A stretch of DNA of 63,555 nucleotides, counting the filler, from Octopus bimaculoides (lineage: Eukaryota): assembly GCF_001194135.2 (NCBI RefSeq). It is 4 parts of 4 records of this genome, joined end to end, with 100 filler letters (N's around TTAATTAATTAA, not from the genome) between each part and the next. Parts side by side here need not be neighbours in the genome. Positions count along the whole stretch, not along the records: positions 25,396 to 51,367 come from NC_068986.1; positions 51,468 to 61,863 come from NC_069006.1; positions 61,964 to 63,555 come from NW_026439107.1; 1 more part is not named here. One strand, written 5' to 3'. The first letter of the stretch is position 1, and every line of letters begins with the position of its first letter. The position numbers and the translations under genes are program-made. The notes under the pieces are model-generated. The model had not been told where the DNA came from and did no database searches. It saw nothing but the letters and a program-made list of their open reading frames with translations. This document shows, piece after piece, positions 51,128 to 63,306 of this stretch.

Positions 51128-51367
51128 CACACAAATTTATGAATTACAATAAAGTTGAAGTGAAGAACGAGTGTATAGTGCGTGAGGTTAATCGACAAAA
51201 GCAAAAGAAAAAATAAATGACCATCAATTAATATAGCATATGTATATGTATATATATGTATTTGCACACATACACACGCTCGCTCATGCTTCGATGGGAA
51301 AGTTTATATCTAGACTGACCTAAATATTCTCATAGAACGTGACCAAATAAGGTTTACTTCTCGACAT

Positions 51368-51467
51368 NNNNNNNNNNNNNNNNNNNNNNNNNNNNNNNNN
51401 NNNNNNNNNNNTTAATTAATTAANNNNNNNNNNNNNNNNNNNNNNNNNNNNNNNNNNNNNNNNNNNN
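51368..51467. other. Artificial scaffold-join spacer
   Basis: 44 N + TTAATTAATTAA + 44 N. Confidence 0.95.
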
Positions 51468-52344
51468 TATGTATATATATATGTATGTATATATATATGT
51501 ATGTATGTATATATATATGTATGTATGTATATATATATGTATGAATGTATGTATATATATATGTATGAATGTATGTATGTATGTATGTATGTATATATGA
51601 ATGTATGTATGTATGTATATATGAATGTATGTATGTATATGTATATATGAATGTATGTATGTATATATATATGAATGTATGTATGTATATATATATGAAT
51701 GTATGTATGTATATATATATGTATGTATGTATATATATATGTATGTATATATATATGAATGTATGTATGTATATCTCTATATATATATTAACATAAATGA
51801 CCATGCACACACATATGTATACGTATATGCATGCATTTATAATTATATGTATGCATGTATTTATATATATATATATNNNNNNNNNNNNNNNNNNNNNNNN
51901 NNNNNNNNNNNNNNNNNNNNNNNNNNNNNNNNNNNNNNNNNNNNNNNNNNNNNNNNNNNNNNNNNNNNNNNNNNNNNNNNNNNNNNNNNNNNNNNNNNNN
52001 NNNNNNNNNNNNNNNNNNNNNNNNNNNNNNNNNNNNNNNNNNNNNNNNNNNNNNNNNNNNNNNNNNNNNNNNNNNNNNNNNNNNNNNNNNNNNNNNNNNN
52101 NNNNNNNNNNNNNNNNNNNNNNNNNNNNNNNNNNNNNNNNNNNNNNNNNNNNNNNNNNNNNNNNNNNNNNNNNNNNNNNNNNNNNNNNNNNNNNNNNNNN
52201 NNNNNNNNNNNNNNNNNNNNNNNNNNNNNNNNNNNNNNNNNNNNNNNNNNNNNNNNGCACGAACGCTGAAGCGTGTGAATGTTTGTGTGATAAAAGAAAA
52301 ATATCAGAAGCTACATTACGCGTCACTATATTAGGAAACTGACA

Positions 52345-52377
52345 CCGCCATTTTGAAAGGAGTGCGTCGACTTCCGG
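52345..52377. promoter_or_regulatory. Promoter-like motif pair (YY1-type and ETS-type sites)
   Basis: CCGCCATTTTG at 52345-52355 and ACTTCCGG at 52370-52377 in a CpG-rich patch. Confidence 0.3.
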
Positions 52378-52441
52378 CTGTGAGGTGATAACTCACACGA
52401 ATCTATGACAGCTAGTCGATTCTTTTCACTTCATGGTGGTA

Positions 52442-52484
<43 letters not shown>

Positions 52485-52734
52485 AAAGAAAATGTGTTTA
52501 TGTGTGCAAGCAAACGTCGCTTTATGACCACGCCAATAGTTGTTTGATTTACGCGTAGAATCGGAAACACTGTTCCGAGAAAAAATGCGATGTACAAAAT
52601 ATCTTTTTGCTACAGATTTTTCTTCCAACCTCACTCAGGCTCATAGACTATAATTCACTTAGCTGTTCTTAGCTTATTCTCAACGCCAGCCTAGGTCCAC
52701 TAGGACTGTTGTCAAAACACTTCTTTTTCTTTTT

Positions 52735-52920
52735 TTTTTTGTTTCAGTCATTATACTACGGCTATGCTGGGGCACTGCCCTGAAAGGGTCAGTCACAACA
52801 AATCGATCCCAGTATTAATTTTTAAAGCCTGATCCTTATCCTATTGGTGTATTTTGCGGAACCGATATGTTACGGGAACGAAAACATACTAATATCGGTT
52901 ACCCCGCAGTAGCGGGATGT
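52735..52920 (-). mobile_element. SINE family A, 3' part
   Basis: GTTTCAGTCATT..GGCTATGCTGGGGCACTGCC tail, colinear with the 5930 copy. Confidence 0.7.
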
Positions 52921-52934
52921 AAACACGAAGATAA

Positions 52935-53310
52935 CCCTATATTAACGGGTCTAAAAAATTATCAGTGTGTTCTATTGAAAAACTATATCCATTAAAACAC
53001 TTGAGAACCTCCAACGAATACATTAATTCAAGGAACGAGATTTCTTTCTGTATGTCCGGATTTCAGGAAATATATCTTGTTGGAATTTAAAAGCAGATCA
53101 CCGGACACTTAGTAAACCATTGATATCTGGTTTTCGTCTGCTTGACATCGAATTACTGTAACGTTAGTTATCTCCCTTGTGTTTTTCTTTGTCTTCTTCT
53201 TTACAAGAATCTCTTGTTTAAACGTTATCTGCTCAAAGAAAAACTGGTAAACGGTCTTGTTTTCCGCTTGATAAATGGCGGAATAAATTATTATTTCGAC
53301 CAGGAAAACC
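52935..53310 (+). mobile_element. Penelope-like GIY-YIG C-terminal fragment plus 3' terminal repeat
   Basis: PYINGSKKLSVCSIEKLYPL...YINSRNEI matches the Penelope C-terminal PY..GSK.C.LC..EKL.I...LN.R.EI pattern. Confidence 0.7.
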
Positions 53311-53354
53311 TGAATAGCTATAAGTGCAAAGATTCATATTTCTTTTGTATTTTA

Positions 53355-53391
<37 letters not shown>

Positions 53392-53493
53392 CTTTTTTAG
53401 TCTTTTTAAAGCCTCACCAGGCTCATGAGCTCGGTTTACCGGTTTCTGTGGCGTATGTGTCCCTCCCCCCAGCTGGTCGAGACGCCAGTCCAT

Positions 53494-53527
<34 letters not shown>

Positions 53528-53589
53528 TGTGGGTGGGAAGCAAACTTCTTACCATATAGCTTCGCCTGCACCTTTATTTTATTCAGATA

Positions 53590-54480
53590 TTATTCACCTG
53601 AGACTAAATTATCTGTGTCTATCCTCGCTACGGCTGTTTTCGTTTGGACACAAAATCAACCCTGATCGTAATGATCCTGTAATCAGACATGTTCCTGCCG
53701 AGAAGGTGAAAGCCCGTGGCCTGCTGGTTAGAGCCTTTCAGCACGCGGCTAGTGATCCTATGGTAATCGTTCAAATCGCGGATGAGGTTGCGCGTTGTGT
53801 CTCTACGCATGACACATTCTTTCAGAGTGCTCCAGTCTACTGAGATATAGCCACCAGTTACTGGTGTAGCGCTCTTCCCCTTGCAGTGTTACATCTTCAA
53901 TGTTCTGCAGGGTCAGAAATGCGCAGGCTGAGGAGGTGTCTTTATGTCTGAACGAGGCCATATAGCCACTTAAGGTACGGTAGACGCTATCAAGACACAT
54001 AAACTTACTCGTGATAGCTGGTTGTACTTCTTCAGGGAGACCAATGTCTCGAGAAATAGAGTATACCTAGATAGTGTCTCAAGTTGGAGACACCCAACGA
54101 TCATTACAGTTTGGGGTAACTTGGTTTTCATGATATCACGTCTTTACTGTGTCCAGAGAACATTGAGCAGGAGTCTTGTTATTGGCATTTTGATACCCGG
54201 CGCGAATCCTCATGATACAAGTAACTCTTTTCCAATATTCAGATGGCTTCAAGTCCTCCATATTCGCTAAATTTTTCTCGACAACAATATCAATCTTTCT
54301 GCTCTCCAACGCCAAAAAACTGTTCCTGAAGAAAGGAGACATAAATTTAGCCCGAACACCTTATATGTTATTCTAGCAGTATTTTGAAACAAGTCTTGCG
54401 AATAAAACTGGGCACATGGAAAATGTGTGGAAGCCTTTCGGATGGGTTGCACCCACGATTTACGTATTGTGTGACGCTGA
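53590..54480 (-). mobile_element. Second type of degenerate Penelope-like element (thumb, Cys linker, GIY-YIG)
   Basis: Minus-strand peptides THPK..RAKFMSPFF, TSN, C.A..DTTRNL and FHLLGRNMSDYRII; heavily frameshifted. Confidence 0.5.
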
Positions 54481-54728
54481 TACTGAGAATTGCGATTTTT
54501 TTTTTTGGAATACTCAGCCACTTAAAAAAAAACGTTACTTTAAACATTAGTTCTGTGTATCGAACAAGCGTATCTTCGTCGTCGATAGTGACGGAGGAGC
54601 CAGCGTTGTGAACAATTGTGTTTGTGTATGTATATTCATATGTGTGCACGCGCGCGTGTGAATATGTGCAGCATCAGTGTCAATGTAATAAAGTATAATT
54701 ATGTGTGTATATATATATATATACATAC

Positions 54729-54761
<33 letters not shown>

Positions 54762-55159
54762 TGTATGTATGTAGATAAGTATGTGTGGTGTGTATGTATG
54801 TTTGTACACATATAATAGAAGTGGTTTTGTGTTAGAAGCAATAAAGCTACAGCCACTTTTATTAATGTCACATCAAACAGCTGACCGACTGACCTTTCGG
54901 ACATAACGTTTTCCCTATGGACGCACATGTCTCCGAGCTGCTACGTAAGGACAACATCGCCACCACTTGAACCTTTATCTGTATTTAGAAACCAGTGCCA
55001 GGCCAGCCGTTTGAACTTATAATGCCGTATTCTTACTGATATTGCAATGAACGTAGGCGATATAATCAGTCTGAGATGTCGCTTCTTTTATTAGATATAC
55101 ACTAAATGTTCAGAAACGATGTTTGTCTTATTAACCCCAGTTTTTGGCGTGGTTTGTTG

Positions 55160-55400
55160 TTGTGGGATGGTGGAATGTAGTTTAAAACTGTGTTGTGAAG
55201 CAGTATGGAGTGGTGTAAAGATGTAGGGTAGAGCGGCATGATGCTGCAATGGAGTAGTATGGTGTTACGGCTTAGTGTGTTAATGGTATGGTGTTACGGC
55301 TTAGTGTGTTAATGGTATGGTGTTGTGGTAGAGTGGCATAATGTTGTAGTGTAATTCTCATACGTGGTGGAGAATTGGTGTGACGATGGAGTGGTATCTG
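55160..55400. repeat. Degenerate GTG(G/T)A pentamer satellite with an exact 29-bp duplication
   Basis: GTATGGTGTTACGGCTTAGTGTGTTAATG at 55257-55285 and 55286-55314. Confidence 0.8.
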
Positions 55401-55839
55401 AGACAGAGGAATATTGTTGAATAAAATCTCAATTAACTGACGCTCATTATTTTCTTTTACCCAGAGCCAGAAACTTTTCAGCACCCCCTCGTACGTTATG
55501 ATGTGAGGTGGTTGGTATAATGCCATGTGGTGTGGTATATTATATTGACATATCCATCTATCTGCATCTTCAATATGTCTGCCGTATCAATTGATAGACT
55601 CTCGCTGTTTCAACATTGCTATGGTGGGAATGGCTGTCGTGTGGCTAAGCATCGAAACAATAGCCGGTTCTTTTGATCAAACTATCGTATTTCCAGTTGC
55701 TTCAGATGCCAAGATATGAAAAATTGTCAAAGTGTAGTACAACGGTTTTGCTGTGGAATGATGAAGCTATTTTTTCATTTCCTGAAAAAGCAACATTTTG
55801 GACTTACGACACTTTTGTACAATAGCAACAATGTATGTT

Positions 55840-55874
<35 letters not shown>

Positions 55875-56400
55875 TTAATTATATGTATTTATTCTATCCT
55901 AATAAATAATAATTCTGATAGAATAAATGGGTTAATAGAAACCAAGGTAGCAAGGATCACAAAATAACTGTGGTGTAATTCCTGTTGGTGAGGCAGAAAC
56001 TCCTTGATATTTTGGGTATTTGAGTATATTTAAAAATTTAAGGAATGGAGAAAACGCATGTTATAACTGCATACTTTATTCCGACATATATATATATATA
56101 TATATAATTAAGGGTATTAATTGATATTTTATACCGTTATAGGTTTTTTACGCATGCTAAACCGCTGTTATTAATAAATAATAATGCCCTCATATATATT
56201 TAAATATATATATATATATATATATTATATATGATATATGTATGTATATATGTATGTATATATGTATATATATATGTATGTATATATGTATATATATATG
56301 TATGTATATATGTATGTATATATATATGTATGTATATATGTATGTATATATATGTATATATATATGTATGTATATATGTATATATATATGTATGTATATG

Positions 56401-56431
<31 letters not shown>

Positions 56432-57083
56432 GCACACAAATGTGGTAGACGGGATCCGGACGCATTTATTCGAACGAGACGGTTATTAACTTAATGAAAA
56501 ATATGAACGATTTACTGATATTTTACAGGATGCTGAATAGAGATCTGCTGGGAAAAGTTATGATAGCAATTACGATACTTAGTCAAATGACTTCACCCAC
56601 CCGTGAAGTGGAAACTAATGAGACTGAGGAAATTCATGAGTATATACATGTACTTGTATCAAGATAGGTGCGTGTGTGTGTGTGTGTGTGTGCGTGTACA
56701 TGTGTGTGTTCATACAGGGTTGGAGGAGAATTTGAAGACATTTAATTATCAATATATTCAAACTAGTTAAAAGGCTTCTATTTTTTCATATCCCTCTTGG
56801 CTGATATTTTACTCGTGCAACGCAAGAAATGGAAAGACATACAGTCATTGTTAGCATATGTTCGGATCATAGTGATTAGGTAATTGCCAATTTTCTAAAT
56901 GTTGCAAGATATATATATTTTTTTTTTCTTAAAGTACGCATGGAACACGAAATCCTCGGCAGGAATGTTTCAGCTGCATCAAAGATAAAAAAAAAAACAT
57001 TCTCTAAATGTTCGGATACCGTAAGAACATTGCAATTTATCCGGTAAGTTCAAAATATTATCGATGATGGTCCTGGAAAATGA

Positions 57084-57786
57084 ATGATGGTCCTGGAAAG
57101 AGAATCTAGGGCGGTGGAAAATATAAAAAGAAACCGCAAAGCTTTCTCCAAATTCTACGACCCTAAAGCCTTCTACAAGGGCTTACTGACTGCAGACCCT
57201 AAGAGGATAAGTGAAGCACTCAATAAGCAATTCCAAAGTGTTTACACCTCCCCACTAGAAAACATGAAAATAAGCCTCTAACATACAAGAGAAAAATGCG
57301 ACCATCAATTACATTGATATTACAGAAGGTGTATTGTCGGCCATTGACGAGATAAACTCAAACTCTGCAACAGGCCCAGATGGACTCTCAGCAATTCTGT
57401 TAAAATCATGCAAGAAAGTTCTTGAAAAACCACTGCAAATGCTTTTTCAGACTTCCCTTGATTCCCTTGAATGTTAAAAGAAGGAATAATCTGCCCTGTC
57501 CACAAAGGAGGAAGCAGAGCAACACTATGCAGGCGGGTGGCAGGTTGGATCCTTAGATCCTTCAGAACCACGAACAGAGAATCAATGCTTCTGCTCTGGA
57601 GAACCTTTCTTCTCAGTCGTCTAGACTACTGCTCCCAATTGTGGTCCCAACAGAGTGTAAAACTAATTGTGGAACTAGAAGCAATCCAACGCCACTACAC
57701 AAAGAAGATAGACTCAGTTAAACACATGGGTTACTGGGAGAGGTTGAAGGAACTGGGACTCTACTCCCTGGAGAGGAGACGTGAGA
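57084..57786 (+). mobile_element. CR1-clade LINE ORF2 remnant with the RT core deleted
   Basis: RISEALNKQFQSVYT, NSATGPDGLSAILLK, GIICPVHKGGSRA joined directly to TLCRRVAGWILRSF, SRLDYCSQLWS, LEAIQRHYTKKI, YWERLKELGLYSLERRRE; runs into a gap. Confidence 0.9.
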
Positions 57787-58073
57787 NNNNNNNNNNNNNN
57801 NNNNNNNNNNNNNNNNNNNNNNNNNNNNNNNNNNNNNNNNNNNNNNNNNNNNNNNNNNNNNNNNNNNNNNNNNNNNNNNNNNNNNNATATATATATATAT
57901 GCACGTGTGTATATGTAAAAGACTGGTGTATGTATACTTGTGATTCTGTTGAAGTGAAACTCGGACACATACACACGTGCACACAGAATACACATATACA
58001 TGCATGCATACATACATACGGACATATAACACAAGCACACACATATAACAGACTAACAATTACAAACGCAGAT

Positions 58074-58129
<56 letters not shown>

Positions 58130-58364
58130 ATTAGACTGCTCCAGTTATCACTTCCTCAGATCTTCTCTTCGAGATGACTTACGTCCGTCCGCTGCGAGTT
58201 CAACGATCAAATACGCTCTGCCCTTTTATTCACATGTCTGTCATGTGTTCACTCTGATATCTTCAACCTGATGACCTCACACATATCTGACTGGCCTAAA
58301 TGCTGGCTGTGCTTAATGGCCTCCACAACTGACATGAGCAAGAGAGTGTCTTCCGATGTTTATA

Positions 58365-58640
58365 TCTTTTTTATCTTTGTCGTGTTTCAGTCATTGGACT
58401 ACGGCCATACTGGAGCTCAGCTTTGACGGGTTCTAGCCGAATAAATTGATTCCAGTATTTGCTTTTTTTTTTTTTTTTTTTTTTTTNNNNNNNNNNACGG
58501 GTTCTAGCCGAATAAATTGATTCCAGTATTTGCTTTTTTTTTTTTTTTTTTTTTTTAAACTTAGAATTAAAACTGTGCATCTCTTTTTGCATGACCACTA
58601 ACTTACAGGGCCATAAACAAACCAGCACCGGTTGTCAAAC
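58365..58640 (-). mobile_element. SINE family A, 3' part (contains an assembly duplication around a 10-N gap)
   Basis: GTTTCAGTCATTGGACTACGGCCATACTGGAGC tail and CACCGGTTGTCAA. Confidence 0.7.
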
Positions 58641-58743
58641 ACTGGTGAGGGGACAAACCTGCATACATGCACACGTACACACACACACACACATGGTTAT
58701 GTTGTTATCAGTTCGAATATGCTTGATGCACGTTCGAACTGGG

Positions 58744-58813
58744 GAACAAGCTACTCACTGCGTTTTGTCAAGGAAAATATTTCCCGTGACAAAACGCACT
58801 GAGTAGCTTGTTC
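58744..58813. repeat. 70-nt near-perfect hairpin
   Basis: GAACAAGCTACTCACTGCGTTTTGTCA / TGACAAAACGCACTGAGTAGCTTGTTC (27 bp, 1 mismatch) plus an inner GGAAA/TTTCC stem; ends at a gap. Confidence 0.9.
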
Positions 58814-59746
58814 NNNNNNNNNNNNNNNNNNNNNNNNNNNNNNNNNNNNNNNNNNNNNNNNNNNNNNNNNNNNNNNNNNNNNNNNNNNNNNNNNNNNNNN
58901 NNNNNNNNNNNNNNNNNNNNNNNNNNNNNNNNNNNNNNNNNNNNNNNNNNNNNNNNNNNNNNNNNNNNNNNNNNNNNNNNNNNNNNNNNNNNNNNNNNNN
59001 NNNNNNNNNNNNNNNNNNNNNNNNNNNNNNNNNNNNNNNNNNNNNNNNNNNNNNNNNNNNNNNNNNNNNNNNNNNNNNNNNNNNNNNNNNNNNNNNNNNN
59101 NNNNNNNNNNNNNNNNNNNNNNNNNNNNNNNNNNNNNNNNNNNNNNNNNNNNNNNNNNNNNNNNNNNNNNNNNNNNNNNNNNNNNNNNNNNNNNNNNNNN
59201 NNNNNNNNNNNNNNNNNNNNNNNNNNNNNNNNNNNNNNNNNNNNNNNNNNNNNNNNNNNNNNNNNNNNNNNNNNNNNNNNNNNNNNNNNNNNCGCCCAGT
59301 CTATCTATTCCTATGACAACATACACGACAACGAAAAAACGGCCAGGATATCAACGATTGGTGTGAGGAAAACAATGCGTTATGGTGGACAGTAAGGAAA
59401 GAGGTTGTCAAAATTGATTTATAGCTGAAGGAAAATTAGAAAAACATGAAAGCTAAGTGAGGGGGAAGCGAGAGAGAGGGGGGGAGAAAGGGGAAAGAGA
59501 GAGATAAGAAAGAGAAACTGAATGAGTTGATAGATAAAGTGAGAATGAGGGAGAGAGGGGGGAAAGAAGCAAATAAAGAAAGAAAGCAAAAAGAAGGAAA
59601 GAAGAGAGAGAAGAGACAGAATTGAAATATGGGAAAAAGAAACAGAAAGGAGAGAGAAGAAGAAAGAGACAGAATTGAAATATTGGAGACAATTAGAGAG
59701 AACGACTAAAAATATTAGATTGTTTCAAAAACACTGAAAGAGATTG

Positions 59747-59795
<49 letters not shown>

Positions 59796-60774
59796 CAGAA
59801 AGAGGTGTAGAGAGATGGAAAAAATGACAGACAGAAGCTGTAAAAATATCGAATAAACTGTGGGTGTAGAATTAGTTTGGACTATTGAAAATTGTCAGTA
59901 ATGTTTCTATGTTATTATAATTGTATCATTAATGTAGAGAGAAATTGCCAGCGATAAAAGGAGAGAAACAAAATACAACAGCGAGAATGTTCGATTGTAT
60001 GATTGTATTTTGCGTGTGTAAACTGGATAACAAAAGGAAAAAAATGGAGAACATTTCAAAAACAACAATTTTCATTGAAAATAATACACAGAAGACGTGA
60101 TTGAAGTCAATGAGATTAATGAGAGGGAATTTAGCGAAATCATTACTGGCAGATAAATCTGTGGGAATTTATATTTATATATAAAAAAAAACGACTAAAG
60201 AGTAATGTTTTCCCCGCACACTTAAATATAGAGGAGGAGAGAAGCAGAAAGAGAAGTGGGCTGACGATATGTGTGTCTCTGATCACAAGCAAAAGTAGTG
60301 GGGGAGCATCAAAGCTAGGTGTTTAGAGTGATTATTTGGGGTTTGAATATTTCACTCCTGAAAACAAGGGTGTTTCGTTCATCATCCTTAAACAATCCTT
60401 ATTCAGGGACCATTTGAACGGGATAAGCTACTCGATTTGAAGAAATTTTTGTAGAAAAGAGAAAAGATAGAAGAGAGAATAGGAGACGTTCAGTCCTTAG
60501 AACGTCCGTGCAGGAAAGAAAGATGGTCACGTGCGGAAGAGAAAGACGGACGATGGCCACGTGTGAGCAACGAGAGAAAAAGAGAAAGAGGGGAGAGAGA
60601 GAAGCAGATAGAAAACGGTGAAAGGAAGAAAAAGGGAATTAGAGAGAATAGAGGAGAAAACAGTATAGAGTAGAATTACAATCTCTCTCTTCTATATTTT
60701 CTCTTTTCAAAGAAAATATTTATCTCTCTCGCGCGCGCACATATATATATATATTTATATTATATATTCTTTTC

Positions 60775-60905
60775 TACTCTTGGTACAAGGCCCGAAATTT
60801 TTTGGGAGGCAAAGTCGACCTCGGTGGAATTTGAACTCAGAACATAAAGACAGACGAAATACTGCTAATCATTTCGCTCGGCTAACGTTTCTGCCAGCTC
60901 ACCAC
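60775..60905 (-). mobile_element. SINE family B with an internal deletion
   Basis: GTACAAGGCCCGAAATTT tail fused to AGGCAAAGTCGACCTCGGTGGAATTTGAACTCAGAAC. Confidence 0.8.
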
Positions 60906-60924
60906 CTTACATACATACATACAT

Positions 60925-60980
<56 letters not shown>

Positions 60981-61863
60981 GTGTGGTGTATAGACGTTGA
61001 TCGGAATACATATATTTTAATCGCATCTCTGATAATAATAATAATAATATATAGTTAATTTTGATCTCCATGGGAATTAGGACACGCAACGCCCCAGATT
61101 GTTGTTACTTGGTCATTGTCACATAACTGAACTGGTGTCTTTTAGATCGAATTATCGGCATATTGCCCAGTGGATATAATTCCCAACACAATCATGTCCG
61201 TAGAGATAAATTCTGTCTTTGCATGCAACTGGTCTACTAGAAACTGTGATCAATTGTTTCTTTTGTGCTGATTAAGTTAAATGTCAGCACTTGAGTTATT
61301 ATTGTATTTTATGATTAGGTATTGGTTCTGTACAACTGAAATCAAACACTCCATTTTTGTTTATTGTCCAAAGCTATTGAGCCATACTTGCTGTTTATAT
61401 TGACCAACTTCCTCTTTGTCGATGTTGGTCAAGAATGTTGATCTTATCTAAACTTAAATCTTCCATGAAATTAGTTTCCAATTTTCAATTTACTGTTTCT
61501 TTATAGAGAGTAGGCACGTGTCTTAGTGGCTAGGGTACTGGGCTCATGAACGAAAATAAATGCCGGAGTTATTGGCTGCAGTTACATACTTGAAGTCAGT
61601 GTTGGCAGAAATTAAATCAGCTTGCAAATACACGTTCACTCTACTAAATTTATACTCGGGCTCAGCCCGAGTGCCGGAGTCGCCACTAATGACTAGTAAT
61701 ATTACGAAACCGGTATGCTTTTAAATCTCTTTAACAACTCACGATAATGACTTTTATTACCTTTATTCCTACCTCAGTTCATCTAATTGTATATATATCT
61801 ATCGTTACTTTTCCCAATGTGCATTTTCGCTTATTTTTCTGCTTACTTTCTCCTTACATTTCC

Positions 61864-61963
61864 NNNNNNNNNNNNNNNNNNNNNNNNNNNNNNNNNNNNN
61901 NNNNNNNTTAATTAATTAANNNNNNNNNNNNNNNNNNNNNNNNNNNNNNNNNNNNNNNNNNNN
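61864..61963. other. Artificial scaffold-join spacer
   Basis: 44 N + TTAATTAATTAA + 44 N. Confidence 0.95.
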
Positions 61964-61977
61964 TGTAATAAGTCACA

Positions 61978-62003
61978 CCCGGACAACGTCGGGTTATACT
62001 GCT
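61978..62003 (+). mobile_element. Helitron-like 3' terminal hairpin
   Basis: CCCGGACAACGTCGGG-TTATACTGCT resembles the metazoan Helitron end CCCGGGCAACGCCGGG..CTAG; the terminal CTAG is imperfect. Confidence 0.4.
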
Positions 62004-62188
62004 TATATATATAATATTTGTATTGCCATAACATTTTTAATAATAGTGAATATATACGCATGTGTGTCTGTGTAGTAGGAAGATAGGAACACTGCTTTCT
62101 GACTATATGGTTGAGAGTTCAGTCCTACTGCATGGCTACTTGGGCAAGTGACTTTGATGGACGAAAACAAAAAGATGTCCGTCGTATA

Positions 62189-62222
<34 letters not shown>

Positions 62223-62574
62223 CAGTGATACCTCACAGTACGAGTTTAATTCGATCCATGACCGAGGTCATCTCACGATTTTGTCGTTTTACAAAGCAAT
62301 TATCCCCACTCCACAAAAACCACTTAAAAATATTTTTTCAACGTTTTTTAAAACAGAAAAGCTGAGATTACAAGTAAAATGACAATTGTAAAAAAGAAAA
62401 TGCAAAACAAATACGTAAACTGGTTTTATTAAGTGAATTACTTTAAAATGGGACGATTTATGTCCTCATACTGCGGATTCACGCTCGTACTTTAAGGCTA
62501 AAAATTCGCACGGGACTCGGCTCGTACAGCAAATGACTCGCACAATGAGGCATTTATACTGCGAGGTTCTGCTG
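62223..62574. mobile_element. Tigger/pogo-type MITE
   Basis: TA|CAGTGATACCTCACAGTACGA ... TATACTGCGAGGTTCTGCTG|TA imperfect TIRs with TA flanks. Confidence 0.65.
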
Positions 62575-62577
62575 TAT

Positions 62578-62579
<2 letters not shown>

Positions 62580-62652
<73 letters not shown>
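62580..62652. repeat. (GATA)n microsatellite
   Basis: Pure GATA run; similar tracts at about 10630, 46388 and 46930. Confidence 0.95.
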
Positions 62653-62659
62653 TGCGAGT

Positions 62660-62835
62660 GTGTCTTTTGTGTCTGTGTTTTAGCGATTCAGCCTAAGAGA
62701 TGGATAGCATAAGTATTAGGCTTCCAAAGAGTAAGTCCTGGGAGTCGATTCATTCGACTAAAACCCTTTAACGTGGCGATCCAGCATGGCCGCAGTCAAT
62801 TGGTAGAAAAAAGAACAAGAGTAAAAGAATAAAAG
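62660..62835 (+). mobile_element. SINE family A, 3' part
   Basis: GTGTCTGTGTTT..GAATAAGTATTAGGCTT..AAGTCCTGGGAGTCGATT..CCAGCATGGCCGCAGTC. Confidence 0.75.
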
Positions 62836-63306
62836 AATATAAATGTTTTTATTTCAAAAATTTACAGTTTCCTTTTCGTGGCTGATTCGTTCGTAAAGTG
62901 GGTAGTTTTACGTAGCGAAAGTGTTACGTCGGTTGTTTGTCGTTATCAGGCAAGACAAAAATAAAAAACAACATGCTTCAATCAATGATGAAGCGAATCA
63001 AAAAATAATATTGAATGATTTTTCTTCAGGACCTCTTTGGTAGGCTGAAAATTCGGATAGAGATGCCGAATATGAAGAGAACCTTAGTTTGCCGACAGTG
63101 CTGAACATAAAGTCACTCACTAAAGAAAGAGATCCACGCTCTGGATACGAAATGTGTCATGGTAGATTTCAACAAGAATATTTTAAGACAATTGGGGAAT
63201 AGCAAAAACAGTTTTCAACATAAACGCTAACGAGTTTCTTCTTCCCTCCCCATCCTCCTTCTCCCTCCTCCTCCTCCCTCTCATCTACCTTTTTTCTTTC
63301 TCTTTC

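Noticed and set aside
53142-53843. 233-aa plus-strand ORF, the longest gap-free ORF in the track
   Set aside because: It runs through two (TA)n tracts and repeat fragments, and its last third is antisense to the Penelope-like remnant.
54095-54145. Minus-strand MKTKLPQTVMIVGC resembling a DD37D mariner motif
   Set aside because: The neighbouring SDEK and QQD/WPPNSPD motifs are absent; about 50 bp is too short, and the flanks fit a Penelope-like element better.
56529-56667. TTTTACAG acceptor followed by a 45-codon ORF (MLNRDLLGKVMIAITILSQ...)
   Set aside because: It stops immediately before the only decent donor, has no partner exons and no recognisable motif.
58425-58560. Direct duplication of ACGGGTTCTAGCCGAATAAATTGATTCCAGTATTTGC plus a T-run
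   Set aside because: The two copies are identical and flank a 10-N gap, which indicates unmerged contig overlap.
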